A stretch of DNA of 56,361 nt from Thermodesulfobacteriota bacterium (GTDB lineage: Bacteria; Desulfobacterota; Desulfobacteria; Desulfobacterales; C00003060), in NCBI GenBank assembly GCA_034189385.1, contig JAXHVD010000027.1, positions 1-56,361 on the forward strand, given 5' to 3'. Both the position numbers and the translations under genes were made by a program. Positions 9,463 to 20,609 of the stretch are shown here, one piece after another (position 1 is the first letter of the stretch; every line of letters starts with the position of its first letter). A model generated the notes under the pieces. That model ran no database searches, was not told where the DNA came from, and was given only the letters and a program-made list of their open reading frames with translations.

Positions 9463-10050
9463 ATGTCACAAGAGATGAAGTCGAAGACGTGGCCAGATCG
9501 GTTTGAAAGCATAGCCAAGAACGCTGATTCCGCCACTGGCCTGCTTCACAGCCTTGCAAAAGTGCTTATCGCTGATACTGAATCAGAGGAGGAGATACTG
9601 GATGTCGATCTCCGTGAAAAGGTGTCTAGGATTTTCCGCGACCTGGATGAAGCGTTGGCCAATATTGAAAAGACCAACGGCGAGCTGAGAGACTATTTTT
9701 GCAGCCTTCCCGTTAGAAAGCTCTTGACAGGGCTGCCATTGACGAGACAGGAGTTCTATCTCTTGGCAGCCGCTGGAGCCATTACCATACCTTCTGAGAG
9801 CGGCGAGGGACCTTACAGGGAATTCATGTATTACTTGTATGAAGACAACGAACAATGCGGATACATCAACTTGTCGGAGACCCATTCAGAGCAGTGGGCT
9901 AACGTGGAGGCCAAGGGATGGGAAACAGAGCCTCGTGTCACACTCGGAGTGATGCCTGAAGACGTTGACATCAACTACTTGGGCGATGACCAAAAAGCGT
10001 TCCTCAAGAAGCACCGGCCCAAACTCTACGCACGGTTCAAGGCTGAGTGA
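9463..10050 (+). CDS. hypothetical protein (acidic, no family recognised)
   Basis: 195-aa ORF, AAGGA RBS. Confidence 0.6.
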   Translation: MSQEMKSKTWPDRFESIAKNADSATGLLHSLAKVLIADTESEEEILDVDLREKVSRIFRDLDEALANIEKTNGELRDYFCSLPVRKLLTGLPLTRQEFYLLAAAGAITIPSESGEGPYREFMYYLYEDNEQCGYINLSETHSEQWANVEAKGWETEPRVTLGVMPEDVDINYLGDDQKAFLKKHRPKLYARFKAE

Positions 10051-10463
10051 ATACCATGCATGTGAGCCTCTGCGCTGCAAAGGGAGACGCAAGATACCAG
10101 CATGATCTTGGACGCCTTCTTTATCCTTCACCGCACTGAACGGCTGACCTCTCTTCACTCTCTTCGTGCGTTGCCAACATACTGTTCTCAGACACGATCC
10201 GCCTGGATCTTGAAAACATCTTGATTCGGTATAGAGCGAATGATATGTACACGCTCACCTCAAGGGGACGTGGTCTCGGCCATCCGTGAGGGGAACAAGA
10301 GCAGGCTCATCCATGGGATTCCTCTCTGGAGGATTCCTCTCTGGGTTCTCTGGGTCCTGCCAAAATGGCTTGGCGCAGCCCTTGGCTGAGGCTGAAACCA
10401 AGGCCATGTTCGACCAAGAGGGCTTCTGAGCTTTTGATTTTCCAGATTCTGTGAGAGTTGGCA

Positions 10464-11900
10464 ATGCTAAAAATCTACAATACCTTAACGAAGAAGAAAG
10501 AGATTTTCAACCCCATTGAGCCGGGCAAGGTCAAGATGTATGTGTGCGGACCTACGGTCTATGATGCCTGTCATATTGGCCATGCCAGGTCCGTGGTCGT
10601 TTTTGATGTGATAGCCCGTTACCTGAAGGCGGCTGGCCATGAGGTCACCTATGTGCGAAACTTCACGGACATAGATGACAAGATCATCAATCGGGCCAGG
10701 GAACTGGGTATGACCACCAAGGAGTTGTCAGCGAGATACATTGAGGCGTTCTATGAGGACATGGATGCCCTCAAGGTGGAAAGGGCCACCGTGGAACCGA
10801 GGGCTACAGACCATATGGATGCTATCATTGATGTGATCCAGCACCTCTTTGAGCAAGGTCACGCCTATCAAGGTGGAAGTGATGTCTTTTATGCGGTGCA
10901 GTCCTTTGAAGGCTATGGCAAGCTTTCAGGTCGTAGGCTAGAAGACATGCAGGCTGGTGCCCGCGTGGCAGTGGACAAGAATAAGCGCAGCCCCTTTGAT
11001 TTTGCCCTCTGGAAGGGTGCCAAACCTGGAGAGCCTTCTTGGGACAGCCCTTGGGGAAAGGGCCGGCCAGGCTGGCACATTGAATGTTCGGCAATGAGCA
11101 CGCAGTTCTTGGGCCGGCACTTTGATATCCATGGCGGTGGCAAGGACCTCATATTCCCCCATCACGAAAACGAGATCGCCCAATCGGAAGGCGCCTTTAG
11201 CGAACCCTTTGTGAATCTCTGGGTCCACAACGGATTTGTGAAGATCAACCAGGAGAAGATGTCAAAGTCCCTTGGGAATTTTCTCCTCATCAAGGATATC
11301 CTGAAAAAATATCATCCCGAGGCGGTGCGCCTCTTCCTTCTCTCCAATCACTATCGCAGCCCCGTCGATTTTACAGAGCAGGCCATGGTCGAGGCTGAAG
11401 GGGGCCTTGAGAAGATTTACGCCCTGTTGGACAGAGTGGAGAAGTCCACGGATAGGGCCCTGTCCGAGCCTGAGGGGCTAGGGCCAGGTGAGCTTTGGTC
11501 CCATTTCTGTGAGGCCATGGATGATGATTTCAACACCGCCCGTGCCGTGGGGTTGATCTTTGATGCTGTGAGGCGGGTGAACCGGGTTTTGGATGAAGGT
11601 GGCTTCACCGGGGATCAAGGTTGGGTGGAGAGTCACTGCGTTCGTTCAGATTTCAGACGCATGGGGGCTGTTTTGGGGATTGGCACTGAGCCCCCCTCGG
11701 ATTTTTTTGAACATAGAAAGTCCAGTGCCCTTGAACGCAAAGCCATTGACCATGGCTTGGTGGAGCAGCTCATCACCGAGCGAACCCAAGCTCGAGAAGA
11801 GAAGGATTGGGTCCGGGCAGACGAGATTCGTGAACAGCTTTCTGCCATGAACATTGTCATTGAAGACCGGCCTGAAGGGACTGTGTGGAAGGCGAAATAA
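10464..11900 (+). CDS. cysS: cysteine-tRNA ligase
   Basis: [29 protein letters not shown]. Confidence 0.99.
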   Translation: MLKIYNTLTKKKEIFNPIEPGKVKMYVCGPTVYDACHIGHARSVVVFDVIARYLKAAGHEVTYVRNFTDIDDKIINRARELGMTTKELSARYIEAFYEDMDALKVERATVEPRATDHMDAIIDVIQHLFEQGHAYQGGSDVFYAVQSFEGYGKLSGRRLEDMQAGARVAVDKNKRSPFDFALWKGAKPGEPSWDSPWGKGRPGWHIECSAMSTQFLGRHFDIHGGGKDLIFPHHENEIAQSEGAFSEPFVNLWVHNGFVKINQEKMSKSLGNFLLIKDILKKYHPEAVRLFLLSNHYRSPVDFTEQAMVEAEGGLEKIYALLDRVEKSTDRALSEPEGLGPGELWSHFCEAMDDDFNTARAVGLIFDAVRRVNRVLDEGGFTGDQGWVESHCVRSDFRRMGAVLGIGTEPPSDFFEHRKSSALERKAIDHGLVEQLITERTQAREEKDWVRADEIREQLSAMNIVIEDRPEGTVWKAK

Positions 11901-13894
11901 TGTCTGCCTTCAAGCTGGTCTCAAGCTTTGCACCGAAGGGGGACCAGCCCAAGGCCATTGAAGAGCTCACCAAGGGCATCGAGACAGGTCATCGCCATCA
12001 GGTGCTTTTGGGTGTCACCGGTTCTGGTAAAACTTTCACCATGGCCCATGTGGTGGCCCAAGTTCAAAAGCCTACCTTGGTGATCGCCCCCAACAAGACC
12101 CTGGCTGCCCAACTCTACAGTGAGTTCAAGACCCTCTTTCCTGAGAATGCTGTCGAATACTTCGTCAGCTATTATGACTATTACCAGCCTGAAGCGTACC
12201 TGCCTGCATCAGACACCTTCATCGAGAAAGACGCTTCCATCAATGAGATCATTGACAGATTGAGACACTCGGCCACCCGCTCTGTGATTGCCCGACGTGA
12301 TGTGATTGTCATTGCCAGTGTGTCGTGCATCTTTGGCTTGGGTGCCCCTGAGGATTATCTTGAGATGTGCCTGGAGTTGAAACCTGGTGTTTCCTTTGAA
12401 CGAGATGTGATGCTCAAGCGTTTGGTATCGATGCAGTACAGTCGAAACGATTATGACTTCCACCGCGATACGTTCCGGGTCAGAGGAGATCGTGTGGAGG
12501 TCTTCCCGAGCTATGAGGATGAAAGGGCCATACGGATCGAGTTTTTTGGTGACACCATCGAAAAGATTCTTGAGATAGACCCACTCTTGGGAAAAGTGGT
12601 GCTGCCCCTTAAGCAGGTTGTCATCTTTCCGGCCAGTCACTATGTGGCTACGAGGGTGACCTTGAAGAACGCCATGAAATCCATAAAGGAGGAGCTTAAA
12701 GAACGCATTTCGTATTTCAGGTCAGCCAAGAAGTTGATTGAAGCCCAGCGCATAGAAGAACGGACCGATTTTGACCTGGAGATGATGCAAGAATTGGGAT
12801 ACTGTCACGGCATTGAGAACTACTCGCGGCATCTTACGGGAAGAGGTCCAGGGGAGCCTCCGCCCACGTTACTCGATTACTTTCCCGACGATTATCTCCT
12901 CTTTGTTGATGAAAGCCATATCGGAATACCGCAGTTGAGAGGCATGTTCCGTGGAGATCAATCGAGAAAGAAGACCTTGGTGGAATATGGGTTTAGGCTC
13001 CCTTCTGCCTTGGACAACCGGCCGCTGAGCTTCGAAGAGTTTACAGGCAGGATCCCTCAGGTGATCTTCGTCTCAGCCACACCTGGGGATTATGAGATGG
13101 AGATGGCGAAAGGGCAAGTAACGGAGCAAGTTATCAGGCCTACCGGACTTATTGATCCTCAGGTGATCATCAAATCTGCCGAGCATCAGGTGGACGACCT
13201 TCTGGAAGAGATCAGGCTCCGGGGAGACCGCAACGAAAGGGTCTTGGTTACTACGCTTACCAAACGGATGGCAGAAGATCTCACGGACTACTATGGGGAT
13301 TTAGGGGTTCGGGTGCGCTACCTCCATTCAGACATCAAAACCATTGAGCGGATGGAGATTATCCGTGATCTTCGTGTAGGTGCCTTTGACGTGCTCGTGG
13401 GCATCAACCTTCTGCGAGAGGGCCTAGACCTTCCGGAGGTCAGCCTGGTGGCCATCTTGGATGCTGACAAAGAAGGGTTTCTCCGTTCAGAACGCTCTCT
13501 GATCCAGACCTGTGGCCGGGCTGCGAGAAATGTGTTTGGAACTGTCGTCCTTTACGCAGATCGTGTGACAGCTTCCATGAGGACAGCAATAGACGAGACG
13601 AATCGAAGACGAAGCCTTCAAGGGGCCTACAACCAAAGACACGGCATCACCCCTCAGACCATACAAAAAGAGATCACCAGCATTCTGGCCTCCGTCTATG
13701 AGGCAGACTATGTGACTGTGCCTGCCGTATCAGAGCCCGCTGCTGAGTACACCTCGCTAGACGAGCTGGAAAAGGCCATTGAAGAGCTGGAAGAGGAGAT
13801 GAAAATGGCAGCCAAAGACTTGGCCTTTGAAAGAGCGGCAGACCTCAGGGATCAGATCAAGGAACTGCGACAACTGGACATGGACTTGAGATGA
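11900..13894 (+). CDS. uvrB: excinuclease ABC subunit B
   Basis: [34 protein letters not shown] overlap with cysS. Confidence 0.99.
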   Translation: MSAFKLVSSFAPKGDQPKAIEELTKGIETGHRHQVLLGVTGSGKTFTMAHVVAQVQKPTLVIAPNKTLAAQLYSEFKTLFPENAVEYFVSYYDYYQPEAYLPASDTFIEKDASINEIIDRLRHSATRSVIARRDVIVIASVSCIFGLGAPEDYLEMCLELKPGVSFERDVMLKRLVSMQYSRNDYDFHRDTFRVRGDRVEVFPSYEDERAIRIEFFGDTIEKILEIDPLLGKVVLPLKQVVIFPASHYVATRVTLKNAMKSIKEELKERISYFRSAKKLIEAQRIEERTDFDLEMMQELGYCHGIENYSRHLTGRGPGEPPPTLLDYFPDDYLLFVDESHIGIPQLRGMFRGDQSRKKTLVEYGFRLPSALDNRPLSFEEFTGRIPQVIFVSATPGDYEMEMAKGQVTEQVIRPTGLIDPQVIIKSAEHQVDDLLEEIRLRGDRNERVLVTTLTKRMAEDLTDYYGDLGVRVRYLHSDIKTIERMEIIRDLRVGAFDVLVGINLLREGLDLPEVSLVAILDADKEGFLRSERSLIQTCGRAARNVFGTVVLYADRVTASMRTAIDETNRRRSLQGAYNQRHGITPQTIQKEITSILASVYEADYVTVPAVSEPAAEYTSLDELEKAIEELEEEMKMAAKDLAFERAADLRDQIKELRQLDMDLR

Positions 13895-14017
13895 GAGCCT
13901 TCTCCGGATGTTGCTTTGGCCCGTGGTTCCAAGGTTCTGGAAGGCATAAGAACCCAAGAGGGGCAGATTTTTGGACTTGCCATACAGGTTGGTTTTCCGA
14001 GTCTGACGGTGTTACCC

Positions 14018-14854
14018 ATGGATAGACGATCCATGCTTTGTCCCCATTGCCGGAAGCTTATCAGTGCCGATGAACTGGTTTGCCCCCATTGTGGCATGTC
14101 AAGACCGGGGTCTTGGTGGACGCGGCATGTGGTGGGCAGGGGATTCTTACATGGAGAAACGATCGTTCGTTCCATCATCTATGCCAATGTGGCCATGTAC
14201 GTGGTCTCCATTTTGCTAAATCCCACGCAGTTGGGTCTGTCTGTAAACCCCTTTACCCTTTTTTCCCCTTCTGACAGAGCTCTTTTGCTTCTGGGCGCCA
14301 CAGGTAGTATCCCCATCGGTCGTCTGCACCGCTGGTGGACCCTTGTGTCTGCCAGCTACCTCCACGGTGGCATTCTTCATATTTTCTTCAACATGGTGGT
14401 CCTAAGGCAGATCGGCCGTTTGGTAGTGCAAGAATACGGGGTACACCGCATGGCCGTTCTATACACCCTTGGAGGGATTATTGGCTTTTGGATATCTTAT
14501 ATGGTCGGCATCCCTATGACTATCGGGGCTTCAGCGGCTGTGTGCAGCCTCATTGGTGCGACCCTTTATTACGGCAAGAGTAGAGGCGGGACTTACGGAC
14601 AGGCTATCTACAGGCAGGTGGGAGGGTGGGTCATCGCACTGTTTTGCTTTGGCTTCATCGTTCCCGGAATCAACAACTGGGCCCACGGTGGGGGGATAGG
14701 GGCAGGGATACTTATCGGTTTCTTGCTTGGTTATAGAGAAAAAAGAGCGGAGAATCTCTTTCATCGGCTTTTGGCTACTGGTTGTCTCCTTGTCACAGTC
14801 ATTATTCTTCTGTGGGCTGTGACATCGGCGCTCTACTACCATCTATTTGCTTAG
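14018..14854 (+). CDS. rhomboid-family intramembrane serine protease with an N-terminal zinc ribbon
   Basis: CPHC..CPHC, HGGILHIFFNM, GASAA, NNWAHGGG. Confidence 0.93.
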   Translation: MDRRSMLCPHCRKLISADELVCPHCGMSRPGSWWTRHVVGRGFLHGETIVRSIIYANVAMYVVSILLNPTQLGLSVNPFTLFSPSDRALLLLGATGSIPIGRLHRWWTLVSASYLHGGILHIFFNMVVLRQIGRLVVQEYGVHRMAVLYTLGGIIGFWISYMVGIPMTIGASAAVCSLIGATLYYGKSRGGTYGQAIYRQVGGWVIALFCFGFIVPGINNWAHGGGIGAGILIGFLLGYREKRAENLFHRLLATGCLLVTVIILLWAVTSALYYHLFA

Positions 14855-15020
14855 CTTCTTGTTGTATTGGCGTTCAATCTTGATAAGTTAGCCCAATTAT
14901 GGCATATGAAATGTCATATCTGGCCTCTGTCCACTTTTTCGCAAGAAAAGGAATTTGCTGCGAGGCTCATGAAAGGCCTATCGGCAAGGGACGATGACAT
15001 GGGGTAGGGGAGGTGGAAAT

Positions 15021-15566
15021 GTGCAAGTCATGATCGGGTCTTCTGTATTGGAGTTGGTGCAAGGAGATATTACAAAGCAAGATACGGAGGCCATCGTGAA
15101 CGCAGCCAATCGAACCCTTCTGGGCGGAGGAGGTGTGGACGGAGCTATCCACAGGGCAGCGGGGCCGGAACTGCTGGCAGAGTGTCGAACCCTTGGAGGA
15201 TGCGAAACAGGAGATGCAGTCATGACAAAGGGCTATAGACTCCGGGCCAAATATGTGATTCACACTGTGGGACCAGTCTACAGAGGGCCGAATCCGACTG
15301 CAGAGCGTTTGCTAAAGAGTGCCTACAAGAGGAGCTTGGAAGTGGCCCGCGCCAAAGGGGTCCGCTCCGTGGCCTTTCCGTCAATTAGCACTGGTGCCTA
15401 CGGGTATCCGCTGGACCAGGCAGCGCCAGTGGCAGTGAGAACTGTGGCGGACTTTCTTAGAGACCATGCAGGAATTGGCAGGGTGCGCTTTGTTTTGCAT
15501 GGCGGGAGAGCATTTGGGGTTTTTGAAGAGACACTCGGGAGGCTGATCCAAGATCATGCCAGATGA
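15021..15566 (+). CDS. macro-domain O-acetyl-ADP-ribose deacetylase (YmdB-like)
   Basis: [41 protein letters not shown] then GTG start. Confidence 0.93.
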   Translation: MQVMIGSSVLELVQGDITKQDTEAIVNAANRTLLGGGGVDGAIHRAAGPELLAECRTLGGCETGDAVMTKGYRLRAKYVIHTVGPVYRGPNPTAERLLKSAYKRSLEVARAKGVRSVAFPSISTGAYGYPLDQAAPVAVRTVADFLRDHAGIGRVRFVLHGGRAFGVFEETLGRLIQDHAR

Positions 15567-15720
15567 TCCCTCCATCGTTTTTGAGAGAATATCCGTGACG
15601 GAAAACAGAGGCGCAAGGTGTAAGAAGAATCCGCAAGGCCAGATGGCGTATGGCGTGCAGGCCATGGGCCATGTCCAATGTCTAAGAGTCATATCTGAAT
15701 GACTATTGGAAGGGGGAAGC

Positions 15721-16899
15721 ATGGGCGTTTGTAGTAAATTAGGGCTCTATGGGTTTTGGCTTGTGTCATTTTTGGTGATGTTCCTCAGCTTTGAATCAAG
15801 AGGCCTCGGAACCAGTTGGGAAACTGAGAATGTGGACTCCAGTGGCAGCGTGGGTAGTTACACTTCTGTGGCAGTGGACGGATCAGGTAACGTCCATATC
15901 AGTTATTATGATGATACGGACGATAACCTCAAGTATGCGACGAATGCCTCTGGTTCGTGGGAGAGCGAGACAGTTGACGACACTGGCAACGTGGGGAGGT
16001 ATACGTCCATAGCAGTCGATGTGTCAGATAAAGTCTTTATCAGCTACCATAATGACACGAACGGTGACCTCAAGTATGCGACGAATGCCTCTGGTTCGTG
16101 GGAGAGCGAGACAGTTGACGACACTGGCAACGTGGACAGCTATACATCTATAGCGGCTGACGCGTCAGGTAACGCCCATATCAGTTATTATGATAACACG
16201 AACGATGACCTCAAGTATGCGACGAATGCTTCTGGTTCGTGGGAAACAGAGACTGTGGACAGCACTGGTGACGTTGGCCAGTATGCGTCTATAGCGGTGC
16301 GCTCGTCAAGTGAGGTTCATATCAGTTATTATTATGACACCAACGATGACCTGAAGTATGCGACCAATGCTTCTGGTTCGTGGGAAAGCGAGACAATAGA
16401 CAGCAATGGTGTTGTGGGCAAGTATACTTCTATTGCACTTGAGTCACCAGATGAGGTCCATATCAGTTATTATGATACAACGAATAGCAACCTCAAACAC
16501 GCGACCAATGCTTCTGGTTCATGGGAAGCTGAGACAGTAGACAATAGCGGCAGCCTAGGCAGTCATACGTCTGTGGCTATTGACTCAGCTGGTGACATCC
16601 ATATCAGCTATTATGACATTACGAACAGCAACCTCAAGTATGCCACGAATGCTTCTGGTTCATGGGTAAATGAGACAGCAGACAGCAGTAGTGGGTCCGT
16701 GGGCCAGTACAGTTCTGTAGCCATCAACTCGTCAGATAAGGTTCACATCAGCTATTATGATGCCACGAACTTCAATCTCAAGTATGCTATTGGAGCCTCA
16801 GATAGTAACGGGAATGGTAATGGCGGGTCCTCTGACCCAGACGTGTTCTTCAATTGCTTCATCTCCACAGCATGGAATGGATTGGGCACAAAACCGTAG
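15721..16899 (+). CDS. secreted protein with seven ~47-aa repeats (probable beta-propeller) and a C-terminal CFISTA motif
   Basis: Signal peptide; repeats W.xETVD...HISYYD....LKYATNASGS; Gly/Ser/Asn linker then CFISTA. Confidence 0.8.
   Translation: MGVCSKLGLYGFWLVSFLVMFLSFESRGLGTSWETENVDSSGSVGSYTSVAVDGSGNVHISYYDDTDDNLKYATNASGSWESETVDDTGNVGRYTSIAVDVSDKVFISYHNDTNGDLKYATNASGSWESETVDDTGNVDSYTSIAADASGNAHISYYDNTNDDLKYATNASGSWETETVDSTGDVGQYASIAVRSSSEVHISYYYDTNDDLKYATNASGSWESETIDSNGVVGKYTSIALESPDEVHISYYDTTNSNLKHATNASGSWEAETVDNSGSLGSHTSVAIDSAGDIHISYYDITNSNLKYATNASGSWVNETADSSSGSVGQYSSVAINSSDKVHISYYDATNFNLKYAIGASDSNGNGNGGSSDPDVFFNCFISTAWNGLGTKP
15817..16790 (+). repeat. intragenic tandem repeat, 141-nt unit, about 7 copies
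   Basis: CTCAAGTATGCGACGAATGCCTCTGGTTCGTGGGAGAGCGAGACAGTTGACGACACTGGCAACGTGG occurs at 15928 and 16069. Confidence 0.9.
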
Positions 16900-17003
16900 G
16901 CGAAGGGGCAACAGGCCGTGAAAAGCTAAACAAGCCTATGGGCAATCCATCTGGTGTCGTCCAAGCAGACAGCATGGGGCATGAAAAGGGGGTAAAATCC
17001 GAA

Positions 17004-17678
17004 ATGATCATCATGGGACATCGCGGGGCTGCGGCCCTGGAGCCTGAAAATACCCTTCTTTCCATCACAAGGGCCATGGAGACTGGCGTTGACGCAGTAG
17101 AGATCGACGTGCATCTGACCAAAGACAGGGAGGTGGTCGTCATTCATGACTCGACTGTGGACCGGACAACCAATGGCAGCGGTCTGGTCTGCAGTTATAC
17201 TCTCACAGAACTGAAAAAGCTTGATGCCGGAAAGGGTGAGTCCATCCCAACGCTTCAGGAAGTCGTGGATCACATTGACAAGAGAGTAAAGCTGGTCATT
17301 GAATTGAAAGAAGAAGGGGCCGAGGGTCAGGTTGTTGGGCTCATAAATGAGAATAACCTTGTTCACAACGTTTACGTCATCTCTTTCTGGCATAGGCTTG
17401 TCCAGAGGGTGAAAGAGATGGGACAGAGTATCAAAACAGGGGTGCTCCTTGTAGGATGCCCAGTGGACACCTCTGTGGCCACACAAGCATCTGCCGATGC
17501 CTTTGTGATGCGATACACTTTTGTTGACAAGCCTTTTGTGGAAATGGCCCACCGGGAGGGCTTGAAGGTCTTCATATGGAATATTGACGATCCCACCCTT
17601 GTTAAGCCTTATGCCGACATAGGAGTAGACGGCATAGGCAGCAACGATCCCCGGATTCTCGTCGAGTATTTTAGATGA
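17004..17678 (+). CDS. glycerophosphodiester phosphodiesterase family protein
   Basis: GHRG...PENT, EIDV, HDSTVDRTT, IELK. Confidence 0.93.
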   Translation: MIIMGHRGAAALEPENTLLSITRAMETGVDAVEIDVHLTKDREVVVIHDSTVDRTTNGSGLVCSYTLTELKKLDAGKGESIPTLQEVVDHIDKRVKLVIELKEEGAEGQVVGLINENNLVHNVYVISFWHRLVQRVKEMGQSIKTGVLLVGCPVDTSVATQASADAFVMRYTFVDKPFVEMAHREGLKVFIWNIDDPTLVKPYADIGVDGIGSNDPRILVEYFR

Positions 17679-17795
17679 GGAATGCACTTTTTTAGCGCTC
17701 TGTGGGATTTCATGTCAACAAAGCGGCAGATTCCCCCTTGCGTGTCCATCCGAGGGAGGTCTTGTCAAGGCCTATGAAAGAAAACGGAGCAAGCC

Positions 17796-18671
17796 GTGTC
17801 TTTTAATGACGTGGGCGACAAACCTCCAGGCGGGGTCTACCTCTGCCAGGTAAAAGGGCAGGTTTCCTGTGCAGCGTGCTGTGGCTTGTACAATGTGGCA
17901 GACCCATCCGTAGAAGCCTTACAGGCAATGCTGGCTTTTCGCACCCGCACCTTTGAAACCTTTGCCCGTGATATCGATTCTATCCTTGACTACAAAGAAC
18001 AAGTGGAGGAGAGAGAGAATCAGCAGAGGCCCTTTCCTGGATTTCACCACTGCCCGTTCATAGGTCTAGTGGGGGCCAGACAATCCCGTGTGGGGTGCCT
18101 GTTGCATCCTTCGGCCCATGGAAACAAAGGTGTAGATTTCAGGGGGCTAAGCTTTTATGGGGGCATGGCATGCAGGGTTTACTTCTGTCCGTCCCACTAT
18201 CATCTATCTGACTCTTTTAAAGAGATTGTCCAAAAAGCATTGGGAGATTGGTATCTCTACGGCCTTGTCATAACGGAGACGGAAATGTTGAGAAGCTTTT
18301 CCCTGGAGGTGGAAAGGCGTCTCAATGGGCCAATAAGAACGGAACAGGTCCTTGGTAGCGCAGAATGCCTCAAGGCTTTTCGGGAATTCCTGGAACTCAA
18401 GGCCCATTGGCCTTTCAAGCCAGAGGCCTACACAGTGCTGGGCAATTACTTTTTTGAAGACAAGCTCTATGCCCGGCCCTCCATCAATTACAAGGCCCTA
18501 GGGGAGACCACATCCAGATATGACACTATCCTCACAGCGTTGGCATCCGGCTTTGATTCAGTCAGTCAGTTGCGAGAGGCCGAGGCTCTGCTGGACGGTC
18601 TCATTGAGAGGGCAGTGTATCATATGTCCATGAGGCGCCGAGCCTTTTCCTTATCTGGGGCCGCAGCCTAA
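17796..18671 (+). CDS. conserved Cys-rich hypothetical protein (possible metal/Fe-S binding)
   Basis: SCAACCGLYN, CPFIG, GCLLHP, ACRVYFCPS. Confidence 0.75.
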   Translation: MSFNDVGDKPPGGVYLCQVKGQVSCAACCGLYNVADPSVEALQAMLAFRTRTFETFARDIDSILDYKEQVEERENQQRPFPGFHHCPFIGLVGARQSRVGCLLHPSAHGNKGVDFRGLSFYGGMACRVYFCPSHYHLSDSFKEIVQKALGDWYLYGLVITETEMLRSFSLEVERRLNGPIRTEQVLGSAECLKAFREFLELKAHWPFKPEAYTVLGNYFFEDKLYARPSINYKALGETTSRYDTILTALASGFDSVSQLREAEALLDGLIERAVYHMSMRRRAFSLSGAAA

Positions 18672-18741
18672 AGGGCGAACTCTATTACGCCTATCCTGTT
18701 GTGGTCAGAAATTACGAAAAGCCCTTTCTGTCCAGATCTGA

Positions 18742-19230
18742 CTACTTGCCAGACAGCGATTTCAGTGCCTGGTCTGCGTCTGGGACATGGAAGACATACA
18801 TGGCTGTCTCGCCGGTTGAAGACCCAGAACCATACACATAGTTGATGTTGATATTGGCGTCTCCAAATCTCCTCGATGTCTTGGCCAGTTGGCCTGGACG
18901 GTTTTGGAGCATCATGACCAAAACCTCGGAACGATGAACCCAGTAATCGGCATCCTTGAGGACCCCCATGGCCTTGTCGACCTGGTCTACGACGATCCTT
19001 ATAAGGGAGTATTCTCTGGCCTCCTTGATCACTGAACCGTAACTCGCTGCAGAGGCAGTTCTCTTTATCGACTTGCCCCGGGCCTCAAACATCTCTTGTA
19101 CATAGTCCGCAGCATTCTGGATGAACATGGCCAAGATGTTGATGTCGGACTTTCCCATCGTTTCTGCGAATCGGCCCAGTTCACCCGGGACATTTCTCAA
19201 AAAGACCGAAAGCTGTATCTCTTTTTTCAT
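18742..19230 (-). CDS. tandem ACT-domain protein
   Basis: QLSVFLRNVPGEL and NRPGQLA...ININYVY. Confidence 0.85.
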   Translation of the reverse strand: MKKEIQLSVFLRNVPGELGRFAETMGKSDINILAMFIQNAADYVQEMFEARGKSIKRTASAASYGSVIKEAREYSLIRIVVDQVDKAMGVLKDADYWVHRSEVLVMMLQNRPGQLAKTSRRFGDANININYVYGSGSSTGETAMYVFHVPDADQALKSLSGK

Positions 19231-19358
19231 TCGTCTTAATCATCCCTTCAGCCTGAATTGAAGATCAGTATCGACCTGGTCCCAGGAAACAAACAGGTTC
19301 CTGCCGGCGGCCAGACTCTCAACGGACGGTACGCTCAGAAAAAGTTGTCCACCTTTTC

Positions 19359-20144
19359 TTAGAGCTTGACATGTTCCAGTTTCCCAATCCCCTTGAGGAT
19401 CTTCCTGGCCAATCGCTGCATGTGTTCAGTCACATCGGATACATAGAAATGGCAAGTTCCGTTTTTTTTCAGACCCCGTGCAACGTCGGGATTTTCGTGG
19501 AGGAACTCCTTGACCGATCCAGACAATGCCTCCGACGAGTCAATAATCCTTACACGTTTGCCAATCTTCGCTTGAATAATGTTCTTTAATGGTGGATAGT
19601 GCGTACAGCCTAAGATCAGCATGTCAATTTGTCTCATTTTGAGAGGATGCAGGTACTTCTTGACAATCCTTCTAGTCTCGCCCCGTTTCAGCCACCCCTC
19701 CTCAACCAAGGGTACAAGCAAGGGACAGGCAGTTGAGTAGACTTCCATATCGGGGCGTTTGGCTTTAATCTGCTCTTCATACACGCCGCTGTTAACGGTT
19801 GCCCTCGTTCCGATGACGCCGACCCGTCTTGCTTTGGGCCGGGAAACTGCCTGGCGGACCGCGGGCGATATGACTTCAAAGATAGGGACATCAAACCTGT
19901 TTCGTAGGGTATTTGTGGCCACGCTGGAGGCTGTATTGCATCCCACTACGAGAAGTTGGGCCCCTCTCTCAAGGAGGATGTGTGCATCCTCCATGGCGTA
20001 TTCTATGACTGTTTCTGGGCTTTTTGTGCCGTAGGGAGTGCGCGCTGTGTCACCAAAGTACAGGATGTCATACTCAGGGAGATATTGGTTTAAGGCGCGG
20101 ACGACTGTAAGACCACCGATACCAGAGTCAAATACGCCGATCAA
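19359..20144 (-). CDS. murI: glutamate racemase
   Basis: IGVFDSGIGGLTV, GCNTAS, LGCTHYP. Confidence 0.97.
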   Translation of the reverse strand: MIGVFDSGIGGLTVVRALNQYLPEYDILYFGDTARTPYGTKSPETVIEYAMEDAHILLERGAQLLVVGCNTASSVATNTLRNRFDVPIFEVISPAVRQAVSRPKARRVGVIGTRATVNSGVYEEQIKAKRPDMEVYSTACPLLVPLVEEGWLKRGETRRIVKKYLHPLKMRQIDMLILGCTHYPPLKNIIQAKIGKRVRIIDSSEALSGSVKEFLHENPDVARGLKKNGTCHFYVSDVTEHMQRLARKILKGIGKLEHVKL

Positions 20145-20608
20145 GATGACAGCCCCTTTGGAGATTCAGGGAGAGACCCCTTGTCCGTGACTGTTACTCC
20201 TGAGACAGACCATTGTCTTTCGTATTCAGCGACCACTTGGCGCACACATTGGGCGAGGTCCTCGTCACTGATATCTCCGAGGATACCTGGACACACGGAT
20301 TTTACGATGGCCCAGTTGGCAGGATCCACCAGCATGCTATCGATGAAGGGCCACATGCAGCACATGCGAGGTTTGACTTCGTGAATGGTGCACACCTTGT
20401 CCCAGAAGATACAATAGCCCGAATCCGAAGTTTTGATGAGTGGGCGTCTGCCGGACCAATGGCAATACTCCCTGAGAAAGGAGTCTGGATCCATATGGAG
20501 ATATTGGGAAATGCGCTTAATCTCTCGCTCGCTCACAAAGGCGCCACCATAGCCCTTACAGCATTCCCCGCACATTTTACATTGAAAAAAATCCGAAGGT
20601 TTGGCCAA
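20141..20608 (-). CDS. YkgJ-family cysteine-cluster (CxxCxxCC) protein
   Basis: FQCKMCGECCKG, CIF...CTIHEVKPRMC..WPF, CPG; TTG start just below the recR stop inferred. Confidence 0.85.
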   Translation of the reverse strand: MAKPSDFFQCKMCGECCKGYGGAFVSEREIKRISQYLHMDPDSFLREYCHWSGRRPLIKTSDSGYCIFWDKVCTIHEVKPRMCCMWPFIDSMLVDPANWAIVKSVCPGILGDISDEDLAQCVRQVVAEYERQWSVSGVTVTDKGSLPESPKGLSS

Positions 20609-20609
20609 T

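Noticed and set aside
10316..10354. GGATTCCTCTCTGG duplicated upstream of cysS; possible T-box or CRISPR
   Set aside because: Only two adjacent copies with no spacers, and no T-box consensus or terminator.
15817..16790. Regularly spaced DNA repeats suggesting a CRISPR array
   Set aside because: In-frame coding repeats with similar intervening sequence; no cas genes.
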